Positions 40,481-47,968 of a stretch of 64,000 bases of DNA are shown in pieces. Below the pieces are notes generated by a model, which saw only the letters and a list, made by a program, of their open reading frames with translations, was not told the origin of the DNA and searched no databases. Origin of the DNA: Tidjanibacter sp. (GTDB taxonomy: Bacteria; Bacteroidota; Bacteroidia; Bacteroidales; Rikenellaceae); the NCBI GenBank assembly GCA_017503805.1, contig JAFVSJ010000007.1, forward strand, positions 9,878 through 73,877, in the 5' to 3' direction. Position 1 is the first letter of the stretch. The number at the start of each line of letters is the position of its first letter. A program made the translations under genes and the position numbers.

Positions 40481-41920
40481 ATGAAGCAAGACAAAGTATT
40501 CGATACCAGCGTCCAGCTGCTCAAGTACAACGTACTTAAAGAGGTCGTAAAAAGCGCCTACGAAGGAACCCTCGACAGAGCTTACATCGACATCCCCAAG
40601 AAAATCTCCCCCGGCCCCAAAAGCGAACTGCGCTGCTGCATCTACAAAGAGAGAGCTATTCTCCAAGAGCGCGTGCGTATGGCAAGCGGTGGTAACAAGG
40701 AGAATCCCAACGTCATCGAGGTAATCGACATCGCCTGCGACGAGTGCCCCACCAATGCAATGCTCGTTACTCCCGCCTGCCGCGGCTGTATCGCTCACCA
40801 CTGCAAGGACATCTGCCCCAAAGATGCCATCACCATCGTCAACAAACGCGCCGTCATCGACCACGACAAGTGTATCGAGTGTGGCAAATGTACGCAGGTA
40901 TGCTCCTATGGCGCTATCATCAAGATGGTACGCCCCTGTCAGCAGAGCTGCAAAGTGAAGGCTATCAGCATCGATGAGAACAAAAAAGCTGTCATCGACA
41001 ACGATAAATGTATTATGTGCGGACAGTGCGTCATCGCCTGCCCCTTCGGTGCTATGACCGACAAGTCGCTCCTTCTGGATATCGTCAAGATGCTCCAGAA
41101 TGCCGAGAAGGAGAACTACAATGTCTACGCCGTACTCGCACCCGCAATCATCAGCCAGTGCCGCTACGGTCGCATCGAGCAGGTTGTTACGGCCATCAAG
41201 AAGCTCGGTTTCCACGACGTAGTGGAGGTGGCTATGGGTGCCGACGTAACCCTCTACAAAGAGGCCCGCGAGTGGAACGAGAAGAAACTCCTGACCACCT
41301 CGTGCTGCCCCTCGTTCGTAAGATTCATCGAAATCAACTTCCCCACCCTCAAACAGCACATCTCCCACACTCCCTCGCCTATGATTGAGATTGCACGCCT
41401 CATCAAGAAGAGCGAGCCCAATGCCAAGGTGGTCTTCATCGGCCCCTGCGCAGCCAAGAAGATGGAGTATACGCTCGAGAAAACCAACGGTGCCATTGAC
41501 TCCGTAATGTCGTTTGAGGAGCTTCAGGCCTTCCTCGATGCACGCGACATCGAGACCACTGAGCAGGAGGATACTCCATTGAACAATGCTTCGTTCTATG
41601 GTCGCATCTTTGCCAAGGCCGGTGGTATTGTTCAGGGCCTATTGGATCTGGCAATGGAGAGCGGCTATGAGGGCCTGAAACCCATTTATATGAGTGGTAT
41701 AGACGAGTGCCGCGTCAACCTTGCCAAACTGAAAGTGGGCAAGAGCGACTACAACTTCTTCGAGGGTATGATTTGCGAGGGCGGTTGCTTGAATGGCCCC
41801 TTGTGTATCAACCACGGCCCGAGGAACGTAGCCGACGTGGACAAATATGGCAACGAGGCCACCCAAAAGACCATCCACAACTCGGTGAACTATTGGAAAA
41901 ACGTCACCGGCGAGGAGTAG
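40481..41920 (+). CDS. Monomeric [FeFe]-hydrogenase with 4Fe-4S ferredoxin domains (group B-like)
   Basis: H-cluster motifs TSCCP, GPCAAKKME and EGMICEGGCLNGP, plus several CxxCxxCxxxC motifs. Confidence 0.88.
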   Translation: MKQDKVFDTSVQLLKYNVLKEVVKSAYEGTLDRAYIDIPKKISPGPKSELRCCIYKERAILQERVRMASGGNKENPNVIEVIDIACDECPTNAMLVTPACRGCIAHHCKDICPKDAITIVNKRAVIDHDKCIECGKCTQVCSYGAIIKMVRPCQQSCKVKAISIDENKKAVIDNDKCIMCGQCVIACPFGAMTDKSLLLDIVKMLQNAEKENYNVYAVLAPAIISQCRYGRIEQVVTAIKKLGFHDVVEVAMGADVTLYKEAREWNEKKLLTTSCCPSFVRFIEINFPTLKQHISHTPSPMIEIARLIKKSEPNAKVVFIGPCAAKKMEYTLEKTNGAIDSVMSFEELQAFLDARDIETTEQEDTPLNNASFYGRIFAKAGGIVQGLLDLAMESGYEGLKPIYMSGIDECRVNLAKLKVGKSDYNFFEGMICEGGCLNGPLCINHGPRNVADVDKYGNEATQKTIHNSVNYWKNVTGEE

Positions 41921-41946
41921 AAACGCCTGCAACCGACAATAAAAGC

Positions 41947-41979
41947 AGAGGAGAATCCATTGGATTCTCCTCTATTTTT
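41947..41979 (+). terminator. Intrinsic terminator
   Basis: agaggagaatcc-att-ggattctcctct followed by attttt. Confidence 0.85.
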
Positions 41980-42087
41980 ATTTACCCACAACACAAAATT
42001 CCACAATAGGTAGATATAAAAATACGGCAAGAGAAGAATTAATCTATCTAAATCACTATATTTGTATAATTAAACTACATAACTACA

Positions 42088-43029
42088 ATGGGCAAGGATG
42101 TATTTATAAGCTACGCAAGAGCTGACTACGAGAAAAACAAGAGAGTTATTCCAGGGAATATCGTTTCTGCCATCAAAAAACTCTTCGACGACAATGGTAT
42201 TACCTATTGGTTTGACGAGGAAGGTATCTATACCGGCTCAGCCTTCACTACCCTCATTGCTCAAAGCATCAAAGAGGCCAAACTATTTTTATTCATCTCC
42301 ACGGCCAATTCCAATGCATCTCCTTGGACAAGCAAGGAGATTGGCACAGCTTACGCCTACGGCAAACCTATTCTGCCATTCAAATACGATAGTTCGATTT
42401 ACAACGATTCGGTGATCCTCTACCTTGCCAACCTCGACTACATCGAATATCAGGCCAATCCTGAAAAGGCAATGGAGCGTCTGCTACTCTCCGTGAATAG
42501 TTACCTGCAAAGAGATGTGCCCCCAACAGCACCTGCCACACCCTCTGCACCTCGCCAACAACAAAGTGCCACCTCCAACAATCCTACACGCAACCTTGCG
42601 AGCTCAAAATTGAAAGAAGGATTGGAGTCCAAGCACCTACTCTCATCGGTATTATATACCATAGGTATTGCATTCATATCGTCGTTCTTAATCTCAACGT
42701 GTACGGGATCGATATTTATTGTAATACCGTTAATAATTGGCACCTATAAGATATTATGCGGAGAAAAACGAGGATTGATAATCAATCTCATTGCACTCAC
42801 ATTCATTTCGTTAGCCACATTTCGGACCGAGGGTTCAGATACTGGAAGTGGACTGATTATACTCTCCATTTTTTCCCTCATACCTCTGTTCATACCGAAG
42901 AAGGGTGTCATTGCACTGAACTCACTGAAGGGTAGCACGGCAATGACATCATTGGAGCAAAGCAAAGACTACATCGCACTGATTATCGGATTATTCATCT
43001 ACACTATCTTCTATATCAGCGGTTCATAG
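42088..43029 (+). CDS. TIR-domain protein with a multi-pass membrane C-terminus
   Basis: DVFISYAR, WFD, WTSKEI (catalytic-position Glu) and KPILP, then a Pro-rich linker and about 5 hydrophobic segments; TATATTTG at 42057-42064. Confidence 0.85.
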   Translation: MGKDVFISYARADYEKNKRVIPGNIVSAIKKLFDDNGITYWFDEEGIYTGSAFTTLIAQSIKEAKLFLFISTANSNASPWTSKEIGTAYAYGKPILPFKYDSSIYNDSVILYLANLDYIEYQANPEKAMERLLLSVNSYLQRDVPPTAPATPSAPRQQQSATSNNPTRNLASSKLKEGLESKHLLSSVLYTIGIAFISSFLISTCTGSIFIVIPLIIGTYKILCGEKRGLIINLIALTFISLATFRTEGSDTGSGLIILSIFSLIPLFIPKKGVIALNSLKGSTAMTSLEQSKDYIALIIGLFIYTIFYISGS

Positions 43030-43032
43030 AAC

Positions 43033-43066
43033 AAAAAAACAGCTCCCTATTTTGAGGAGCTGTTTT
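43033..43066. terminator. Bidirectional terminator
   Basis: aaaaaaacagctcc...ggagctgtttt. Confidence 0.8.
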
Positions 43067-43097
43067 ACCACATTAACGATATATCAGTGATGAAATA

Positions 43098-43796
43098 TTA
43101 GTTTTGTGTCTGTTGAGGGTTTTGCTCTGTCAGATTGGTGCGGCGTTTTATCCAGCCGATGGCGGCGTAGGCAAGCGGGGTGCCGAAGAGAATCTCTATA
43201 CCGAGTTTGAGCACATATTGAAGCACGCACATCATTACCAACTCTCTCACCGAGACCACTCCCGCAAAGGCAATCAGCACAAAGGGTAGCGAATCAAAAA
43301 GATAGCCAACCATAGAACTACCAATGGTACGCACCCAAAGTCGGCGACCTCCTGTCCATCTCTTTATCTTCTCCATAAACCACGCATTAGACAGCTCTCC
43401 AAGCAAAAAACCCACCAGCGAACCGAGTACAATGCGGGGTACATAGTCGAAAATGTGATTATAGGCTGTTGCCGTTTCGTTCAGATAGTCGGGCGAGGGA
43501 AGCCATACACCTATATGTGTGAAGATTACCATCAGCACATTGCAGGCAAGAGTCACCCAAACGACCTTTCGAGTGGTGCGATAACCCCATATTTCGGTCA
43601 GCACATCCCCGAGCATATAGGCCAGCGGGAAAGTAATGGTACCCGCATCGAAATAGAGGAGATCGAAGAGTCCCACGACCTTTACAGCCATAACGTTAGA
43701 AACAAGATAGAGAGTGACGAAGAGTGCCGTCACAACGACCAACAGTCCTTGACTGTCGATTCGGTTTTTGAAAGGGTTTTCCGATACCTTATCCAT
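43098..43796 (-). CDS. yhhQ: Queuosine precursor transporter (YhhQ/VUT family)
   Basis: SNVMAVK, FPLAYMLGDVLTEIWGY, PRIVLGSL and LWVRTIGS motifs. Confidence 0.88.
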   Translation of the reverse strand: MDKVSENPFKNRIDSQGLLVVVTALFVTLYLVSNVMAVKVVGLFDLLYFDAGTITFPLAYMLGDVLTEIWGYRTTRKVVWVTLACNVLMVIFTHIGVWLPSPDYLNETATAYNHIFDYVPRIVLGSLVGFLLGELSNAWFMEKIKRWTGGRRLWVRTIGSSMVGYLFDSLPFVLIAFAGVVSVRELVMMCVLQYVLKLGIEILFGTPLAYAAIGWIKRRTNLTEQNPQQTQN

Positions 43797-43936
43797 AATG
43801 TAGAGTTTTTGTTTAGACGACCTATATTGGAGAGTAAAGGCCGATTATTCGGGTGGCAAAGATAGGAAAAGTTTGCAAAAATCCCTACTTTCTACCCCAA
43901 CTGCCACAAGTCGGGCTACATTATCCGGGAGTTCAT

Positions 43937-45052
43937 TTAGCTCCACTTGCGGGCAATCTCTGCACCGATGCGTTGGAGATTGGCGGTGGCTACCTCCTTT
44001 CGGAGAGCCTCCCGAAGAGTCATATCTGCAGGGGTGGCGACATAGATGGCTGCAAATCCGCACTCGTCAACCTCGTGGCATCTGACCACACTTCCACCTA
44101 CGGCCACGACATCTACGCCTACCTTGCGACCGACTCGTAGGACTTCACTTGCCACCTTACCCATAGTAGTTTGGCTGTCGATGCGCCCCTCTCCCGTAAT
44201 AACCAAGTCGGCATCTTGCAATTCTCTCTCCAACCCTACGGCCTCGACAACCGCCTCGGCACCTCGGACAATCGTGGCTCCGAGTGCATAGAGAGTTCCA
44301 CCGATGCCACCTGCTGCACCGGCTCCCTCCACTTCGCTCATCGGGCGACCAAAATGACGTTCCACAACCTCTGCAAAGTGGCGCAGTCCTCGTTCAAGCA
44401 TCTCAACTTGTTCTGGGGTGGCACCCTTTTGGGGAGCAAACACCCTTGCCGCACCACGTTCACCGCAGAGTGGGTTGTCCACATCGGCCAATACCTTCAC
44501 TCTGCCGTCAATCGCAACGGCCCTATCGGAACATATTGATTCTATGCGTAATAAACTCTCGCCGCAACCTCTTATCACACGCCCATCCCTGTCCAGCAGT
44601 TCATATCCGAGCCCTTGCAACAATCCCGCACCGCCATCGCACGTAGCACTACCGCCTACACCTATGCACACACTCTCGGCACCAGACCTGAGAGCCGTCG
44701 CAATGAGTTCTCCCACGCCTCTGGAACTCGCCACCATAGGATTGCGTTCCTCGGGAGAGAGGAGTGTATATCCCGCCGCCGCAGCCACATCCATCACAGC
44801 CGTAGTGCCACAAAGACCATAGCGGGCAACAATTCTCCTCCCGAGAGGGTCGGAACACTCCACTTCGCGCCACTCTCCTCGGCAGCTCGCCACAAGCACC
44901 TCGGCCGTACCCTCACCTCCGTCGGCAACGGCTACTACCTTCACTCGGGCATCTTTCCATACGGAGAGTAGGCCGCAACGCAGTGCATCACCCGCCTCAA
45001 GTGAGGAGAGCGACCCCTTGAAAGAATCGGTGGCTATGACTACTTTTTTCAT
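43937..45052 (-). CDS. glxK: Glycerate kinase (GlxK/GarK family)
   Basis: DSFKGSL, ADGGEGT, GGSATCDGG, FAPQKGA and TGEGRIDSQT motifs. Confidence 0.92.
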   Translation of the reverse strand: MKKVVIATDSFKGSLSSLEAGDALRCGLLSVWKDARVKVVAVADGGEGTAEVLVASCRGEWREVECSDPLGRRIVARYGLCGTTAVMDVAAAAGYTLLSPEERNPMVASSRGVGELIATALRSGAESVCIGVGGSATCDGGAGLLQGLGYELLDRDGRVIRGCGESLLRIESICSDRAVAIDGRVKVLADVDNPLCGERGAARVFAPQKGATPEQVEMLERGLRHFAEVVERHFGRPMSEVEGAGAAGGIGGTLYALGATIVRGAEAVVEAVGLERELQDADLVITGEGRIDSQTTMGKVASEVLRVGRKVGVDVVAVGGSVVRCHEVDECGFAAIYVATPADMTLREALRKEVATANLQRIGAEIARKWS

Positions 45053-45125
45053 CGGCTCGATAGGCTTATGTAATATATTGACACTGCAAGGTAAGGATTT
45101 TGTGTGAGAAAACGTCGTCAACCTG

Positions 45126-45220
45126 TGACAAACGTATGTCATAAATGGTAGAGCAGCGATAATTTTCCTCGGCAATCTGTCGGAAATCGTCGAGTGTCTA
45201 TATGTTTTTGAGTATCTTTG
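45126..45220 (+). promoter_or_regulatory. WYL gene promoter region with a TGACA-N6-TGTCA palindrome
   Basis: TGACAAACGTATGTCA at 45126-45141, TGTCGG at 45178 and TATCTTTG at 45213-45220. Confidence 0.5.
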
Positions 45221-45252
45221 CGGTAATTAGACACAATCACTCCACCGCACCT

Positions 45253-46170
45253 ATGGACCAACCCAAAATCGAACGCCTGCTACGACTAATGAAGATGCTC
45301 TCGGGCAATCTCAACTACACTGTCGAAGACCTTGCCGACCGACTCCACACCTCACCTCGCTCCATCTATCGCTACCTCGAAACCTTCAAGGAGGCCGGAT
45401 TTGTCGTTCACAAGCTCGAGGGAGGAGTCTACAGACTTGGCAAGGAGAGCCCCTATTTCAAAGACCTCTCGCAGCTCATCCACTTCACCGACGAGGAGGC
45501 CTACATCGTTGGCCGACTGATAGATGCACTCGACGACACCAATCTTCTCAAGCAGAATCTACGACGCAAACTATCGTCGGTCTATGAGTGTACCTCGATG
45601 GTAGACATCGTTGTCAAGGGCAAAAATGCAATCAATGTGCAACATCTTGTAGAGGCCATCACATCTCGCCGTCAGGCCATCTTGCACAACTATGCCTCCT
45701 CACATACGGGGGTCGTGCGCGACCGTCTTGTGGAGCCCTTCGCATTCACGACCAACTACATACAGGTGTGGTGCTACGAGCCGGAGAGTGGCAGTTGCAA
45801 ACTCTTCAGCACCTCGCGCATACAATCAGTGGAGGTCAAAGAGGAGGTGGAGTGGCAATATGCAGACCGCCATCACGAAGGCCACATAGACATTTTCCGC
45901 ATTGCGGGCTATGAGCGCACGCGCATACAGTTGAAGTTGGGTGTTATGGCCCACAACCTGCTCTTGGAGGAGTTCCCTTTGGCCGAACGCGACATCAAGT
46001 CGTTGGGCAAGGGCGAATGGATGCTCGATACGGAGGTCTGCTCGCTCGCAGGTGTTGGCAGGTTTGTGATGGGACTTGCCGATGACATCGAGATAGTCGA
46101 CTCACCCGAGCTTGTGGATTACCTCAAGGAGAAGTCACGCTCACTACACGTCAAAATAGAGAACCAATAA
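45253..46170 (+). CDS. HTH-WYL(-WCX) transcriptional regulator (YafY/PafC-like)
   Basis: N-terminal wHTH (LADRLHTSPRSIYRYL) and WYL-like core (RLVEPFAF...VWCYE...KLFSTSRI). Confidence 0.88.
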   Translation: MDQPKIERLLRLMKMLSGNLNYTVEDLADRLHTSPRSIYRYLETFKEAGFVVHKLEGGVYRLGKESPYFKDLSQLIHFTDEEAYIVGRLIDALDDTNLLKQNLRRKLSSVYECTSMVDIVVKGKNAINVQHLVEAITSRRQAILHNYASSHTGVVRDRLVEPFAFTTNYIQVWCYEPESGSCKLFSTSRIQSVEVKEEVEWQYADRHHEGHIDIFRIAGYERTRIQLKLGVMAHNLLLEEFPLAERDIKSLGKGEWMLDTEVCSLAGVGRFVMGLADDIEIVDSPELVDYLKEKSRSLHVKIENQ

Positions 46171-46190
46171 TCTATCTACATTATGGAATA

Positions 46191-46233
46191 AAGCAATCGG
46201 CGCAGAAAGTTAAACTCTCTGCGCCGATTGCTT
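46191..46233. terminator. Strong hairpin between convergent genes
   Basis: aagcaatcggcgcaga...tctgcgccgattgctt, a 16-bp perfect stem. Confidence 0.8.
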
Positions 46234-46243
46234 CTCTTGGGCT

Positions 46244-46909
46244 CTAAAGTTCGTTGGTAGGCAATTCCGGTTTATCTACATTTGGGAACGGCTCTGCAGG
46301 CATTACCTTCCCTTGGGGAGTCGACTGTTCGTTGGGCAAAGAGGGCAGTGTGGGGGCCTGCATCTCCACCGCATCTTGGAATCCGCGCTCATAGCCGGCC
46401 TTGTAGCCACGCCCTTGCGAGAGCGAACTCAACCACATAGCAGCCAACAAGATAAGCATAAACTTATAGATACGTTTGGTCTTGGGGGGCATAGTCTGCC
46501 ACGCATATTTCACCCTCTGCCAATAGCTCCTCAGGCGGTAGGCTACCCTCTCCCACCAACCGCGCAGCGAGAAGTTGCGATGAGAGCCACCTCGCGCACC
46601 ACTACGGCCACGATTGGGTGCCGAATAGGTGCGTGTAACCTTGAGGTTCTGCACCCTGACATCTATCTCCTTGCGCTCTATGCGACCTCCAAAGGCGGCA
46701 GTGAGTCGGAGCGTAGTCTTACCCTTCGATTTGGTCATCGTCACCGAGCGGCTACCGCTGTCGGCGAGTTGTATCTGCGAGGTTGTGTAGCCATTGTTGA
46801 TGGTGAGGGTGACTGCATCGGGTAGGTCGCACTCCCAAGCAACCATCACATTTTCGCCCTCGTGCGCACTTTTGCGGTCTACGCTGAAGATTATCTTCTC
46901 TTTGCTCAT
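46244..46909 (-). CDS. Hypothetical membrane protein: beta-rich N-domain, basic Trp-rich helix, one TM
   Basis: Clean 221-aa ORF with an AT-rich leader and a downstream terminator; TM segment IYKFMLILLAAMWLSSL. Confidence 0.75.
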   Translation of the reverse strand: MSKEKIIFSVDRKSAHEGENVMVAWECDLPDAVTLTINNGYTTSQIQLADSGSRSVTMTKSKGKTTLRLTAAFGGRIERKEIDVRVQNLKVTRTYSAPNRGRSGARGGSHRNFSLRGWWERVAYRLRSYWQRVKYAWQTMPPKTKRIYKFMLILLAAMWLSSLSQGRGYKAGYERGFQDAVEMQAPTLPSLPNEQSTPQGKVMPAEPFPNVDKPELPTNEL

Positions 46910-47076
46910 AGCTATTTGTTGTTCGGATTAAGTTTTCTGCCAAAGTGTGTGTGGCCCAATAGTCGGCCACCTATCTACGCTCCAATCAATTATCGTTCCA
47001 GCCATCCTTGGACTGACATTTTGACACGCCCCAGCCACAACGACTGACAACAAAGAAATAATTGCCCCTCCATATT

Positions 47077-47112
47077 TTTGACAGAAGTTGTCAAATCGCC
47101 TCTCTAACTTTG
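47077..47112 (+). promoter_or_regulatory. Palindromic operator TTTGACA-N5-TGTCAAA plus -7 element TAACTTTG
   Basis: Perfect 7-bp inverted repeat at 47077-47095 and -7 at 47105-47112; extra TGACA half-sites at 47014, 47022 and 47045. Confidence 0.7.
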
Positions 47113-47142
47113 CACCTCGATTAACACTAAAACCATACGACT

Positions 47143-47223
47143 ATGTTACACGACATCATCATCTACATCGGCATATTTGCCCTTTCAATCGGATACATTT
47201 TTGGCGGCAACAACGATTGGTAG
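47143..47223 (+). CDS. Putative hydrophobic micropeptide MLHDIIIYIGIFALSIGYIFGGNNDW (26 aa)
   Basis: First ATG after the promoter, A-rich leader, single TM-like stretch. Confidence 0.55.
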   Translation: MLHDIIIYIGIFALSIGYIFGGNNDW

Positions 47224-47241
47224 CAGAGGGGGACAACAGCT

Positions 47242-47331
47242 ATGGTACTCGGACTAATGCTCGGAGCGCTATGTTTTGTAGCCCTCGGCACCTATTGCGA
47301 TTCGGCACGGACAAACAACCACAATAACTAA
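47242..47331 (+). CDS. Putative hydrophobic micropeptide MVLGLMLGALCFVALGTYCDSARTNNHNN (29 aa)
   Basis: 18 nt after the previous stop and 17 nt before the next ATG; TM-like N-terminus. Confidence 0.5.
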   Translation: MVLGLMLGALCFVALGTYCDSARTNNHNN

Positions 47332-47348
47332 CAAACAATCGTTCTACT

Positions 47349-47555
47349 ATGGGAATAATCTACGACGTGGTCTGCCCCTCCTGCGGCAGACGATTTGAAC
47401 ATCTCGCAGGACTCGGAATGATGTATGCCTGCGTTGGCTGCGGCGAGGAATCGGCACCCTCGCAGCCCTTTTTCTGCCCCCATTGCGCCAAGAAAATCGA
47501 CCCGAAAGAGCCCTCATTTGAGAGCTACGCCTCGGCATCGAGCCTGTGGGAGTAG
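47349..47555 (+). CDS. Small zinc-ribbon protein
   Basis: Three CxxC pairs (CPSC, CVGC, CPHC) in 68 aa. Confidence 0.72.
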   Translation: MGIIYDVVCPSCGRRFEHLAGLGMMYACVGCGEESAPSQPFFCPHCAKKIDPKEPSFESYASASSLWE

Positions 47556-47601
47556 TCTCACACATCTTACCCTCTCTCCAAGTAGTCTAACCACACTACC
47601 A

Positions 47602-47871
47602 ATGAAACCCACACACAAAAGCCCACCCAATGTGGAGAGCACAACTTACGATAACTTCCGAAACTTCCTGCGCCAAAGCGGATGCGAGGAGGCCTTCGAC
47701 CTTGCCTTCTACAGTCAAAACGGAGCCACCTCTCTCGACTCCGCGCTGTGGCACGCCACATCGGACCCGACCTTCATATTCGGCCACGCCTTCAGGTGGG
47801 CCTCAACAGCCGAAGGGAGTGACTATTGGCGCACCATAGACACCCTTTGGCAAGAGAAGCTAAAGAGATGA
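47602..47871 (+). CDS. Small hypothetical protein with an AFxWxxTxEGxxYW motif (89 aa)
   Basis: ATG at 47602 within ORF 47425..47871; followed by a hairpin. Confidence 0.7.
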   Translation: MKPTHKSPPNVESTTYDNFRNFLRQSGCEEAFDLAFYSQNGATSLDSALWHATSDPTFIFGHAFRWASTAEGSDYWRTIDTLWQEKLKR

Positions 47872-47903
47872 CCAAATCACCCCACAACTCCCCCACTCAC
47901 AAT

Positions 47904-47941
47904 AAAAAAAGCCTCACTTGCAGTCACTTGCAGGCGAGGCT
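47904..47941 (-). terminator. Terminator between convergent genes
   Basis: aaaaaaagcctcacttgcag...ttgcaggcgaggct. Confidence 0.7.
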
Positions 47942-47968
47942 AAATATTATTATTCGGCCGATCTCGGT

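Noticed and set aside
45194-45234. GTGTCTA...TAGACAC inverted repeat flanking the WYL -7 element, as a possible invertible promoter
   Set aside because: The arms are only 7 bp with a 27-bp interior, and no invertase is nearby.
47088-47327. 79-aa ORF from the track covering the micropeptide region
   Set aside because: Its TTG start is inside the operator, upstream of the -7 element, so it would not be on the transcript.
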